Assembly: GCA_038236995.1 (NCBI GenBank)
Contig: JBBRZE010000019.1
Location: 2,831-66,830, forward strand
Direction of reading: 5' to 3'
Source: Bacteroidales bacterium
Lineage (GTDB): Bacteria; Bacteroidota; Bacteroidia; Bacteroidales; Prolixibacteraceae
Length of the DNA stretch: 64,000 nt
The notes under the pieces were generated by a model, which did not search any database, had not been told where the DNA came from, and saw only the letters and a program-made list of their open reading frames with translations. Of the stretch, positions 49,835 to 58,775 are shown one piece after another. Both the position numbers and the translations under genes were made by a program. Numbering within the stretch: position 1 is the stretch's first letter; each line of letters opens with the position of its first letter.

Positions 49835-50971
49835 TTAGAGTCGTTGCCCTACTTGTTTAACCATCTGTTCCTTCCATCCTTTGAATGTACCAGCCAAAAT
49901 CTGTTGACGGGCTTCGCCAACAAGCCAAAGATAAAATGCGAGATTATGAATACTACCGATCTGGGCACCCAGCATCTCCTTCGCCTGAAAAAGATGGCGT
50001 AAATATGCCTTGGAGTATTGTTGGTCAACAAAAGAGGTTCCATTGAGATCAATGGGCGAAAAATCATCACGCCATTTGTTGTTTTTGATGTTGATGATTC
50101 CATTACGTGTAAATAGCATTCCATTTCTTCCATTTCTCGTTGGCATCACACAATCAAACATATCAATTCCCCTGTCAATTCCCTCAAGAATATTAATCGG
50201 TGTGCCTACACCCATCAGGTATCGCGGTTTATTCTCCGGAAGAACAGCATTGACAACTTCAATCATTTCGTACATATCGGCTTCCTTTTCGCCTACCGAA
50301 AGTCCACCAATTGCATATCCGTCACAATTGAAAGAGGCTACATGTTCAGCAGCCTTTTTACGCAGGTCGGCATAGACACATCCCTGGACAATTGGAAAAA
50401 AAGATTGCGAATACCCATATTTTGGTTCGGTTTCATTATATCTCTTAATACAACGCTCGAGCCAACGTTGGGTCAATTCAAGCGACTTACTTGCATAGTC
50501 GTAATCAGCATCACCAGGCGTGCACTCATCGAATGCCATTATGATATCCGCACCAATAGATCGCTGTATATCAACAACATTTTCAGGAGTAAACAAATGA
50601 CGGGAACCATCAATATGCGACTGAAACCGAGCTCCTTCTTCGGTTAATTTCCGGATATCGCCCAGCGAAAAAACCTGAAATCCACCACTGTCGGTTAAAA
50701 TTGGTCGATCCCATCCAATGAATTTATGGAGTCCTCCGGCTTTTTCGATAATTTCGACACCAGGCCGCAAATACAAATGGTAGGTATTCCCAAGTATAAT
50801 CTGAGCCTTAATATCCTCTTTCACATCCTTAAAATGGACACCTTTCACAGAACCCAGCGTACCCACCGGCATGAAAATAGGTGTATCTATCTGACCATGT
50901 GCTGTTTCTATTTTTCCTGCCCGTGCTTTTGATAACGGAGCTGTGCATTGAAGTTCAAATTTCATTTTCAA
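49835..50971 (-). CDS. tgt: tRNA-guanosine(34) transglycosylase
   Basis: 378 aa. 'FMPVGT', 'ILTDSGGFQVFSL', 'GGLSVGE' and 'DMFDCVMPTRNGRNG'. Confidence 0.92.
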   Translation of the reverse strand: MKMKFELQCTAPLSKARAGKIETAHGQIDTPIFMPVGTLGSVKGVHFKDVKEDIKAQIILGNTYHLYLRPGVEIIEKAGGLHKFIGWDRPILTDSGGFQVFSLGDIRKLTEEGARFQSHIDGSRHLFTPENVVDIQRSIGADIIMAFDECTPGDADYDYASKSLELTQRWLERCIKRYNETEPKYGYSQSFFPIVQGCVYADLRKKAAEHVASFNCDGYAIGGLSVGEKEADMYEMIEVVNAVLPENKPRYLMGVGTPINILEGIDRGIDMFDCVMPTRNGRNGMLFTRNGIINIKNNKWRDDFSPIDLNGTSFVDQQYSKAYLRHLFQAKEMLGAQIGSIHNLAFYLWLVGEARQQILAGTFKGWKEQMVKQVGQRL

Positions 50972-51077
50972 AATTTCGCGGCGTAAAGATAGTCATTATG
51001 AAAGAATATCATGAAAGGTGAATAAATCGTTAATAATTCCTGAAAAGCTGCTATATTTCTGATGCCAATGTGTAATT

Positions 51078-52235
51078 TTGAGCACTTTCCATGAATCTAT
51101 TATGATTGAAATAAGCGGGCTCTCTTTTGGCGTTGCAGAACTGGTACTACTGATCAGTTTTGTTTTGATGTTTTTAATACAATTGTTCTATCAATTTTTG
51201 ATGGCCCATTTCACCTTAAGCGGCAAAAAGAAAGATAAGCCAGTTGATTATCCATCATTCTCAATTGTCGTTCCATCAAGAAATTACGAAGAAAATCTAA
51301 GGGAACTTATTCCGACACTTCTCGAACAGGAATATCCCGATTTTGAGGTCGTTGTCGTCGATGATTGTTCCTACGACGGAACTGAATGGTATCTAAATGA
51401 ACTTAAACTACAAACCTATAAACTCAAAACGAGCCGTATAATTCAGGAAACCGATTTTCCTAATGCTCTGGCAATTACAATCGGAATCAGGGCGGCTTCC
51501 AAAGACTGGCTGATATTTTTGAACCCTTTATGCCGGGTTATAGGCCAGGACTGGCTGAAATCATTTGCCGAAGAGTTGAATCCAAAATCAGAAGCAGCAT
51601 TTGGTTTTGTGAACTATACAAATTCATACGGTTCGATGCGCAGATTTATCAGATACGAAAATTTTGATTCATTTATACTTTATGGATCAGCTCGTTACCT
51701 TGGTTTATCCATGCCTATAACCGACATGAATATTGCATACAAACGGGAACAGTTTCTGAGTCGCAGAGGTTTCGCTGCAGTGCTCGATTCTCCGTTTAGC
51801 GAAAATGAATTGTACCTGAACAAAATATCGAACCGCTCAAATTCTGTTTACCTCCTTAACCGCCCAACCGCCGTTTCCTATGTAGGAGACACAGACTGGT
51901 ACGACGGAATGAACTTTAAAAAGAAACAGTTGTTACTAAAGAAAAAATTTACTGTTGGGCAAAGTGTTTTTCTTTTGATTTATACAATTAGCCGACTTGT
52001 TTTTGATTTTTCAATGATTGCTCTTCTGATTCTTTCACCCTGGAGGCTTTGGGTGCTAGGAGTCTGGTTTGTAAAAATTATTCATGAATTAGTCTGGGGA
52101 ATTGTTGCTACGAAACGCCTTGGTGAAAAAAATCTTTTTCCAGGATTGTTGCTATTTAGATCTTTAGTTCCACTCTTCAACAGTTTTATATCTTTAAATC
52201 AGCTATTTACCGGTCAGAAGCGCAAATGGAAGTAA
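51078..52235 (+). CDS. Membrane-embedded GT2-like glycosyltransferase
   Basis: 385 aa. An N-terminal TM segment, 'FSIVVPSRNYEENL', 'VVVDDCSYDGT', and C-terminal TM helices. Confidence 0.6.
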   Translation: MSTFHESIMIEISGLSFGVAELVLLISFVLMFLIQLFYQFLMAHFTLSGKKKDKPVDYPSFSIVVPSRNYEENLRELIPTLLEQEYPDFEVVVVDDCSYDGTEWYLNELKLQTYKLKTSRIIQETDFPNALAITIGIRAASKDWLIFLNPLCRVIGQDWLKSFAEELNPKSEAAFGFVNYTNSYGSMRRFIRYENFDSFILYGSARYLGLSMPITDMNIAYKREQFLSRRGFAAVLDSPFSENELYLNKISNRSNSVYLLNRPTAVSYVGDTDWYDGMNFKKKQLLLKKKFTVGQSVFLLIYTISRLVFDFSMIALLILSPWRLWVLGVWFVKIIHELVWGIVATKRLGEKNLFPGLLLFRSLVPLFNSFISLNQLFTGQKRKWK

Positions 52236-52837
52236 ACCCTAATCTCTCGGAAAATGCCAGGCATGATTTTGATTTAGTTAATGCTGCCCGATCAGGCGAT
52301 CAAAAAGCATTTGCCCAGCTTATGAAGCGATATAAAGATGCGATTTTCTTTATGCTTCTAAAGATGGTAAATAATAAAACTGATGCTGAAGATCTGGCGA
52401 TCGAAGCATTTGGTAAAGCTTTTACCAATATTAGCCAATATGAGCCTCAATTCGCCTTCAGTACATGGTTATTTCGCATTGCTTCAAATAATGCAATCGA
52501 TCATTTGAGAAAGAAAAGAGCCGTTACCGTTCCGCTTGAACCTACAATTGGCAACGATAAAATCATAGGGATCGAATACAACTACAATATTCGCACAGAA
52601 TCCGACTCGCCGGAAGAGGCATTTATTAAAGAACAAAATGCAAAACTGTTACGAAAAGCCGTTTCCACTTTAAAGCCCCGCTACCGGACACTACTTGAAT
52701 TGCGCTATTTCAAAGAATATTCCTATGCAGAAATAGCCGAGGAGCTGGATCTTCCGTTAGGAACAGTAAAGGTTCAACTTTTCCGATCACGCGAAATGCT
52801 TTTTGAACTCCTCAAAAACACCGAGATGAGCGACTAG
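52226..52837 (+). CDS. Sigma-70 family (ECF-type, regions 2 and 4) RNA polymerase sigma factor
   Basis: 203 aa. 'AFAQLMKRYKDAIFFM', 'FSTWLFRIASNNAIDHLRKK' (region 2) and 'YSYAEIAEELDLPLGTVKVQLFRSR' (region 4). A 10-nt overlap links it to the upstream GT2 gene. Confidence 0.8.
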   Translation: MEVNPNLSENARHDFDLVNAARSGDQKAFAQLMKRYKDAIFFMLLKMVNNKTDAEDLAIEAFGKAFTNISQYEPQFAFSTWLFRIASNNAIDHLRKKRAVTVPLEPTIGNDKIIGIEYNYNIRTESDSPEEAFIKEQNAKLLRKAVSTLKPRYRTLLELRYFKEYSYAEIAEELDLPLGTVKVQLFRSREMLFELLKNTEMSD

Positions 52838-52858
52838 CTTACCTTTTCATAGAATAAT

Positions 52859-53485
52859 ATGCTGAAAATCTTAAAGTATTTCCCCAATTTAACACCGGAG
52901 CAAATCATCCGTTTCGAAAAAATGGATTCCCTTTATCGCGACTGGAACGGGAAAATCAATCTCATTTCAAGGAAAGATATTGACTCGTTATACGAGAAAC
53001 ACATCTTGCATTCACTGGCAATCGCTAAAATCATTGATTTCAGGCCTGGAACAAAAATCCTGGATGTTGGAACCGGAGGAGGTTTCCCCGGAATTCCGCT
53101 TGCCATATTGTTCCCAACTTGCCATTTTGTATTAATAGATTCAATAGGAAAAAAAATAAAAGTTGTTCAGGCAGTATCCGAAGAACTTGGACTTAAAAAT
53201 GTTACGGCAATTCATGGGAGAGTTGAAGATGTGAAGGAAGAATTTGATTTTGTGATTTCAAGAGCGGTTACAACCTTCCCTGCATTTGTCGGATTGGTGA
53301 AAAAGATTATTTTGCGCAAACCACAAAATGCACTTCCAAATGGAATCATCTATTTAAAAGGAGGTGATATTCAGGAGGAAATAAAGGATTACAAGAGAAA
53401 TATTGAGGTAACCGAAATCTCCAATTTTTTTTCTGAGCCGTTTTTTGAGACAAAAAAGGTGGTCTATCTGCCCGTAAACAAATAA
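52859..53485 (+). CDS. rsmG: 16S rRNA (guanine527-N7)-methyltransferase
   Basis: 208 aa. 'WNGKINLIS', 'ILDVGTGGGFPGIPLAI' and 'SRAV' are typical of RsmG/GidB. Confidence 0.85.
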   Translation: MLKILKYFPNLTPEQIIRFEKMDSLYRDWNGKINLISRKDIDSLYEKHILHSLAIAKIIDFRPGTKILDVGTGGGFPGIPLAILFPTCHFVLIDSIGKKIKVVQAVSEELGLKNVTAIHGRVEDVKEEFDFVISRAVTTFPAFVGLVKKIILRKPQNALPNGIIYLKGGDIQEEIKDYKRNIEVTEISNFFSEPFFETKKVVYLPVNK

Positions 53486-53516
53486 TCGTTCGAAATAAAT
53501 TTATTCTAATTCATTA

Positions 53517-53552
53517 TTTGTTTTGACATAAACGAAAAAAGACTTATTTTTG
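53517..53552 (+). promoter_or_regulatory. Bacteroidota-type sigma-A promoter for rpmH (-33 TTTG / -7 TAnnTTTG)
   Basis: TTTG at 53522-53525, a 19-nt spacer, then TATTTTTG at 53545-53552. This lies about 50 nt upstream of the rpmH ATG. Confidence 0.5.
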
Positions 53553-53603
53553 CACTCCAAAATATAGAAGAAACATTGTAAATTAATAAAATATTTGTCC
53601 GAG

Positions 53604-53762
53604 ATGAAAAGAACATTTCAACCATCGAATAGAAAAAGAATAAACAAACACGGATTCCGTGAAAGAATGTCTACAGCCAACGGACGTAAAGTTTTAAAAG
53701 CACGTCGCAGAAAAGGTCGTACAAAACTGAGTGTTTCGGACGAACCACACCACAAGAGATAA
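53604..53762 (+). CDS. rpmH: 50S ribosomal protein L34
   Basis: Translated by hand: [52 protein letters not shown]. This is canonical L34. At 52 aa it falls below the ORF-track cutoff. Confidence 0.92.
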   Translation: MKRTFQPSNRKRINKHGFRERMSTANGRKVLKARRRKGRTKLSVSDEPHHKR

Positions 53763-53789
53763 AATATTGTTGTTCAACAATATCAAACA

Positions 53790-53824
53790 AAAGGTAAAGA
53801 ACGGTGTTCTTTACCTTTTGTGTT
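53790..53824 (+). terminator. Rho-independent terminator after rpmH
   Basis: AAGGTAAAGAAC / GTTCTTTACCTT (12-nt complementary arms around a very short loop) followed by TTGTGTTT. Confidence 0.75.
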
Positions 53825-53975
53825 TATCGCGATTATTTTCCATCCTACATAGATGATAAAGCTCCTTCAGCTACAACATCATCAGAATAATCCACGAAAT
53901 ATGCGCTGTACAATTTTCTTATTGAAAGTTTAGGCTTAATTTTGCTCCCAATGATTAAATATTGAAACATCACGT

Positions 53976-54776
53976 ATGCAGCTAAAAGAATTTTTCATCA
54001 GCAAAATCTTCCTCAAAAGCTTTGGAATTGCTGTCGTACTGACAATTGTATTGATATGGTTTACAATGACAATGCTTTCAATCTACACCAATAAGGGAGA
54101 AAACATAACTACACCAGACCTTAAAGGATTGAATATTAGTGAGGTTAAGTCGATCATTGGTAATAACAATCTCCGGTTCGAAATTGAAGATACAATCTAT
54201 CGAAAAGAGGTTCAGCCTGGTACGGTTGTATTACAAAATCCTTTAGCCGGGCATAAAATAAAGCCCAATAGAGTCATTCACATTACATTGTCTTCCTCCA
54301 TGCCGGAACAGATTGAAGTTCCAAAGCTCACTGATGTATCAATTCGGCAGGCAAGGGTACTTCTTGAATCAAAAGGGTTTGCTCTTGGGAATGTTGAGGA
54401 ACGTCCATCTGAATTTAATGATCTCGTTCTTGAACAGAAACACAACGGGCAGATGATTCAACCTGGTTCAAGGATCGATAACGGCTCAACAATTGATTTA
54501 GTGGTCGGGAAAAACATTACAGGCAGAGAAACCTCTATTCCAGACCTTAGCACACTATCGTTAACTGCGGCCCGTGACAGTTTAAAAAGCAGATCATTAA
54601 ACGTTGGCTCTATAATATACGATCCATCCATTCTTACTACTGAAGACACCTTAAGTGCGATCATCTGGAAGCAGATGCCCCTACCCGATTCCACAACGAG
54701 GGTAATGCCGGGAATATCTGTTGATCTATGGCTAAAGCTTAAAACAGAAGCCACAACCAATTCAGAAATACAATAA
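53976..54776 (+). CDS. PASTA-domain-containing membrane-anchored protein
   Basis: 266 aa. An N-terminal TM segment, then three roughly 65-aa repeats beginning 'TPDLKGL', 'VPKLTDV' and 'IPDLSTL', which are PASTA-like. Confidence 0.7.
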   Translation: MQLKEFFISKIFLKSFGIAVVLTIVLIWFTMTMLSIYTNKGENITTPDLKGLNISEVKSIIGNNNLRFEIEDTIYRKEVQPGTVVLQNPLAGHKIKPNRVIHITLSSSMPEQIEVPKLTDVSIRQARVLLESKGFALGNVEERPSEFNDLVLEQKHNGQMIQPGSRIDNGSTIDLVVGKNITGRETSIPDLSTLSLTAARDSLKSRSLNVGSIIYDPSILTTEDTLSAIIWKQMPLPDSTTRVMPGISVDLWLKLKTEATTNSEIQ

Positions 54777-54787
54777 TTAACAGGCAC

Positions 54788-55861
54788 TTGATGAACTCTA
54801 TAAATAATGATATTGACCCGGATGAATTTGATGATGCCGGAGAAGAGATTGAACATTTTGAACATTACCGTTTTATAGCTGATCCCGGTCAGGGATTATT
54901 ACGCATCGATAAGTTTTTGGCCAATCGGATTGAGGGAACGTCCCGAAACCGAATCCAGATAGCCGCGCAAGCTGGAAGTATTTTTGTAAATGGGGTTTCT
55001 GTCAAGGGAAACTATCGGGTAAAACCTGGCGAAGCGGTGACTGTAATGCTAGACTATCCACGACGCGAACTAAAAGTTCTTCCAGAAAATATCCCTTTGA
55101 ACATCGTCTATGAAGACGAAGAACTCATGATCATCAATAAACCGGCTGGTCTTGTGGTTCATCCTGGACACGGAAATTACAGCGGAACACTTGTTAACGG
55201 ATTGGTATACAAATATCAGAACCTTGAATTATATGGAGGGAATGATCCCAGACCGGGTTTGGTGCACCGGATTGATAAAAACACGTCAGGTTTACTGGTT
55301 GTGGCAAAAACCGAATTGGCAAAACTTAACCTCGCCCTTCAGTTTTTCAATAAAACCACAAAACGTAAGTATGTTGCCCTTGTATGGGGTAACCTGGCAT
55401 CAGACGAAGGAACAATAGAAGGAAACATCGGAAGAAGTACGAAAAACCGTCAGGTCTTCACCGTTTTCCCGGATGGATTAACCGGAAAACCTGCTGTCAC
55501 CCATTACCGCGTGATCGAGAGGCTCGGATATGTCAATCTTGTTGAATGCGTTCTGGAGACCGGGCGAACTCACCAGATCCGGGTTCATATGAAACATATC
55601 GGCCATCCGCTCTTTAATGATGACGTATATGGTGGAGACAGAATATTAAAAGGTACAACATTTGCAAAGTACAAGCAGTTTGTTGAAAATTGCTTTTCGA
55701 TGATTCCCGGACAAGCACTTCATGCCAAAATTCTTGGGTTTGTCCATCCGGTAACCAAAGAAGAGATGCTCTTCGATTCCGAATTGCCTGAGAATTTGGG
55801 ACAGTTGGTTGATAAATGGCGTAACTATATATCAAACAGAGATTCAGATCAACAAATATAA
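54788..55861 (+). CDS. rluD: 23S rRNA pseudouridine synthase, RluD subfamily (S4 domain plus RluA catalytic domain)
   Basis: 357 aa. 'LRIDKFLANRIEGTSRNRIQ' (S4), catalytic 'HRIDKNTSGLLVVAK', and 'GRTHQIRVHM'. Confidence 0.85.
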   Translation: MMNSINNDIDPDEFDDAGEEIEHFEHYRFIADPGQGLLRIDKFLANRIEGTSRNRIQIAAQAGSIFVNGVSVKGNYRVKPGEAVTVMLDYPRRELKVLPENIPLNIVYEDEELMIINKPAGLVVHPGHGNYSGTLVNGLVYKYQNLELYGGNDPRPGLVHRIDKNTSGLLVVAKTELAKLNLALQFFNKTTKRKYVALVWGNLASDEGTIEGNIGRSTKNRQVFTVFPDGLTGKPAVTHYRVIERLGYVNLVECVLETGRTHQIRVHMKHIGHPLFNDDVYGGDRILKGTTFAKYKQFVENCFSMIPGQALHAKILGFVHPVTKEEMLFDSELPENLGQLVDKWRNYISNRDSDQQI

Positions 55862-55864
55862 TCA

Positions 55865-56848
55865 ATGAGTAAAAAAAATATTGCGATTGTAGCTGGAGGT
55901 GACTCATCAGAATATGTCGTATCAGTCAAAAGCGGAGCCAATGTACTAAAGGCTATCAACCAGGAACTGTTTACCCCATGGTTAGTCAGAATGAAAGGGG
56001 AAGAGTGGATAGTCCTTGATGGGGAGAATAAGTTATCGGACATCGATAAGTCCGATTTCTCGTTTACCGTTAAAGGACAAAAATGCAAATTCGATTATGC
56101 CTATATTATCATTCATGGAACACCCGGTGAAGATGGATTATTGCAGGGCTATTTCGAAATGTTGCATGTTCCTTATTCCTCCAGCGATGTGCAATCATCA
56201 GCATTAACATTCAATAAGTTTTTCTGCAACAATTACTTAAGAAGCTTTGGTATTCAAATGGCCCAATCGGTGCGCCTGATCATCGGTGAAAAATACAGTT
56301 CAGAACAGATTATCACGTCATTAGGCCTTCCATTGTTTGTTAAACCGAGTGCAGGCGGATCAAGTTTTGGTGTGACTAAAGTGAAGGAAGCCAAAGACTT
56401 AGTCGAAGCTGTAAACAAGGCGCTTGATGAAAGCCCGGAAGCAATTATTGAACAATTCATTGAAGGAAAGGAATTTACGTGCGGTGTAGTTAAAACAGGC
56501 CAGAGGAAATTGGTTTTACCAGTCACCGAAGTAATCCCCAAAAACGAATTCTTCAATTACGAATCGAAATACATACCCGGGATGGTCGAAGAAATAACTC
56601 CCGCAAGAATATCAGAAGAATTAACCCTAAAAGTTCAGGCACTCTCATCCCGAATATACGATCTTTGCAGTTGTAGAGGTATTGTACGCATTGATTATAT
56701 CCTCAAAGGTGACACCTTCTATTTTTTAGAGGTAAACACGGTCCCGGGCATGACAGGAACCAGTTTTATCCCACAGCAAATCGAAGCAATGGGAATGAAT
56801 CTAACTGACCTATTAACAGATATCATTCAGTCCGGTCTTAAAAACTGA
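55865..56848 (+). CDS. ddl: D-alanine--D-alanine ligase
   Basis: 327 aa. 'IAIVAGGDSSEYVVS', 'HGTPGEDGLLQGYFE', 'PLFVKPSAGGSSFGV' and 'EVNTVPGMT'. Confidence 0.9.
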   Translation: MSKKNIAIVAGGDSSEYVVSVKSGANVLKAINQELFTPWLVRMKGEEWIVLDGENKLSDIDKSDFSFTVKGQKCKFDYAYIIIHGTPGEDGLLQGYFEMLHVPYSSSDVQSSALTFNKFFCNNYLRSFGIQMAQSVRLIIGEKYSSEQIITSLGLPLFVKPSAGGSSFGVTKVKEAKDLVEAVNKALDESPEAIIEQFIEGKEFTCGVVKTGQRKLVLPVTEVIPKNEFFNYESKYIPGMVEEITPARISEELTLKVQALSSRIYDLCSCRGIVRIDYILKGDTFYFLEVNTVPGMTGTSFIPQQIEAMGMNLTDLLTDIIQSGLKN

Positions 56849-57162
56849 AACTGACAGATCGCAGTTGTATAAGCACTTACCGACGAACATTGATATCCAC
56901 TAATTGTTGATATCCATGTTTGTTCAGGTGTTGACAATTATTCTGCGAAGGTCAAACGCCTGATTCGGGAACCGATACACGGTAGTATGATCATTATCCT
57001 GTTTCAAAATCCGGAATTGAATACTATTTTTGAAAAGATAAAAACATCGTTCTGCAGTAAAATCCTGAGGTTCCGGATTCCTTGAATTATTACGTTATCA
57101 CACACTATTTCAATTAATTATTACAAAATAATTAAAAAATATTTTGTTGCTAAAAAATCGTT

Positions 57163-58728
57163 ATGCCTCCCGAAACAAATAATTTCCGTAACAAGACTAA
57201 ATCGAAAATGACCATTGAGCAGTTGAATGCTCAATATGGTAAAATTCCACCTCAGGCACCTGAAGTGGAAGAAGCCGTACTTGGTGCATTGATGCTCGAA
57301 CGGGATGCCTATATTACAGTAGCTGCAATACTTAAGTCTGAAAGCTTCTATAAGGAAGAGCACCAGAAAATCTTTAAGGTTATTCAGCATTTGGTCGCCA
57401 ATGAAAAACCTGTTGACCTTCTGATGGTTACCCAGGAATTGAAAAACAGGGAGGAATTGGATGAAGTGGGCGGCCCCATCTATATCACCCAATTAACCAG
57501 CAGAGTAGCTTCAGCGGCGCACATCGAATTCCATGCGAGAATTATCGCGCAGAAATTTATTCAGCGCGAGCTGATAAGAATTGCGTCAGAGATCCAGGTT
57601 AAATCATACGACGACTCAATGGAACTGGACGATCTGATTGATTATGCAGAAGCGTCTCTTTTCAAAGTCACAGAAGGAAATATCTCGAAAGAGTCGCAAC
57701 CAATAAAACCCTTGCTTCGCGAAGCCATCGAAAGGATTGAAGAAAACGCGAAAAAACCAGACGGATTGAGCGGAATTGCATCGGGATTTACAAATCTCGA
57801 CAAAATCACATCTGGATGGCAAAATACCGATTTAATGATCATTGCTGCACGACCTGCGATGGGTAAAACAGCTTTCGTACTTTCAATGGCCAGAAACATG
57901 GCCGTACTAAAAAATGTTCCGGTTGCTTTTTTCTCGCTTGAAATGTCTTCAATACAGCTAGTTAACAGGTTGATTGCTGCAGAAACAGAGCTTGGATCCG
58001 AAAAAATTAAAAGCGGCAAACTTGAAGATTGGGAATGGGAACTTTTTAACCGCAGGATTAAAAATCTGGAAAATGCCCCGCTATTCATTGACGACACCCC
58101 TGCTTTATCCGTTTTCGAATTCAGAGCAAAATGCCGGAGGTTGAAAATGCAGCACAACATTGGAATCGTTGTTGTCGACTATCTTCAGTTAATGACAGCC
58201 GGCAGCGACGTAAAAGGAAACCGAGAGCAAGAGGTCAGTACAATTTCACGAAACCTGAAAGCCATTGCCAAAGAGATTAATGTGCCGATCATTGCCCTTT
58301 CGCAGTTAAACCGTTCTGTTGAATCCCGTGACGGGAAACGGCCTCAGCTTTCCGACTTACGTGAGTCAGGAGCAATTGAACAGGATGCTGACATGGTTAT
58401 GTTTATTCACAGACCTGAGTACTATGGAATCACCCAGGATACTGATGGAAATTCGTTAATGGGTGTTGCCGAAATTATCATAGCTAAACATCGTAACGGT
58501 TCAGTCGGTGATGTTCAGTTAGCATTTAAGGCTTCGCTTGCAAAATTCACTGATTTGGAAGAGGTTTCAATGGGAACAATGCCTGATGATCTTGGAGAAG
58601 GTAAAAAAGAGGCGATCTATCGTTCAAAAATGAATGACGAATTTGCTTTAGCAGGAGCAGGAAATAAATTATCCTCTTCCGGATTTGGTAGGCCCGGTGA
58701 TCAGATAGATGAAGGATCGCCGTTCTGA
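57163..58728 (+). CDS. dnaB: Replicative DNA helicase DnaB
   Basis: 521 aa. 'PPQAPEVEEAVLGALMLE', Walker A 'ARPAMGKTAF', 'VVVDYLQLM' and 'IALSQLNR'. An alternative start lies at 57208. No intein is present. Confidence 0.92.
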   Translation: MPPETNNFRNKTKSKMTIEQLNAQYGKIPPQAPEVEEAVLGALMLERDAYITVAAILKSESFYKEEHQKIFKVIQHLVANEKPVDLLMVTQELKNREELDEVGGPIYITQLTSRVASAAHIEFHARIIAQKFIQRELIRIASEIQVKSYDDSMELDDLIDYAEASLFKVTEGNISKESQPIKPLLREAIERIEENAKKPDGLSGIASGFTNLDKITSGWQNTDLMIIAARPAMGKTAFVLSMARNMAVLKNVPVAFFSLEMSSIQLVNRLIAAETELGSEKIKSGKLEDWEWELFNRRIKNLENAPLFIDDTPALSVFEFRAKCRRLKMQHNIGIVVVDYLQLMTAGSDVKGNREQEVSTISRNLKAIAKEINVPIIALSQLNRSVESRDGKRPQLSDLRESGAIEQDADMVMFIHRPEYYGITQDTDGNSLMGVAEIIIAKHRNGSVGDVQLAFKASLAKFTDLEEVSMGTMPDDLGEGKKEAIYRSKMNDEFALAGAGNKLSSSGFGRPGDQIDEGSPF

Positions 58729-58775
58729 TATTGCACAAATATATTTATTGACGAAATAGTCACTTTTTGATTGAT

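Noticed and set aside
56886-56920. Direct repeat TTGATATCCA(C/T) x2 (56890-56899 and 56907-56916) upstream of dnaB as DnaA boxes / oriC
   Set aside because: The match to TTATCCACA is only 6-7 of 9 positions. There are only two copies, no adjacent AT-rich unwinding element stands out, and dnaA/dnaN are not present.
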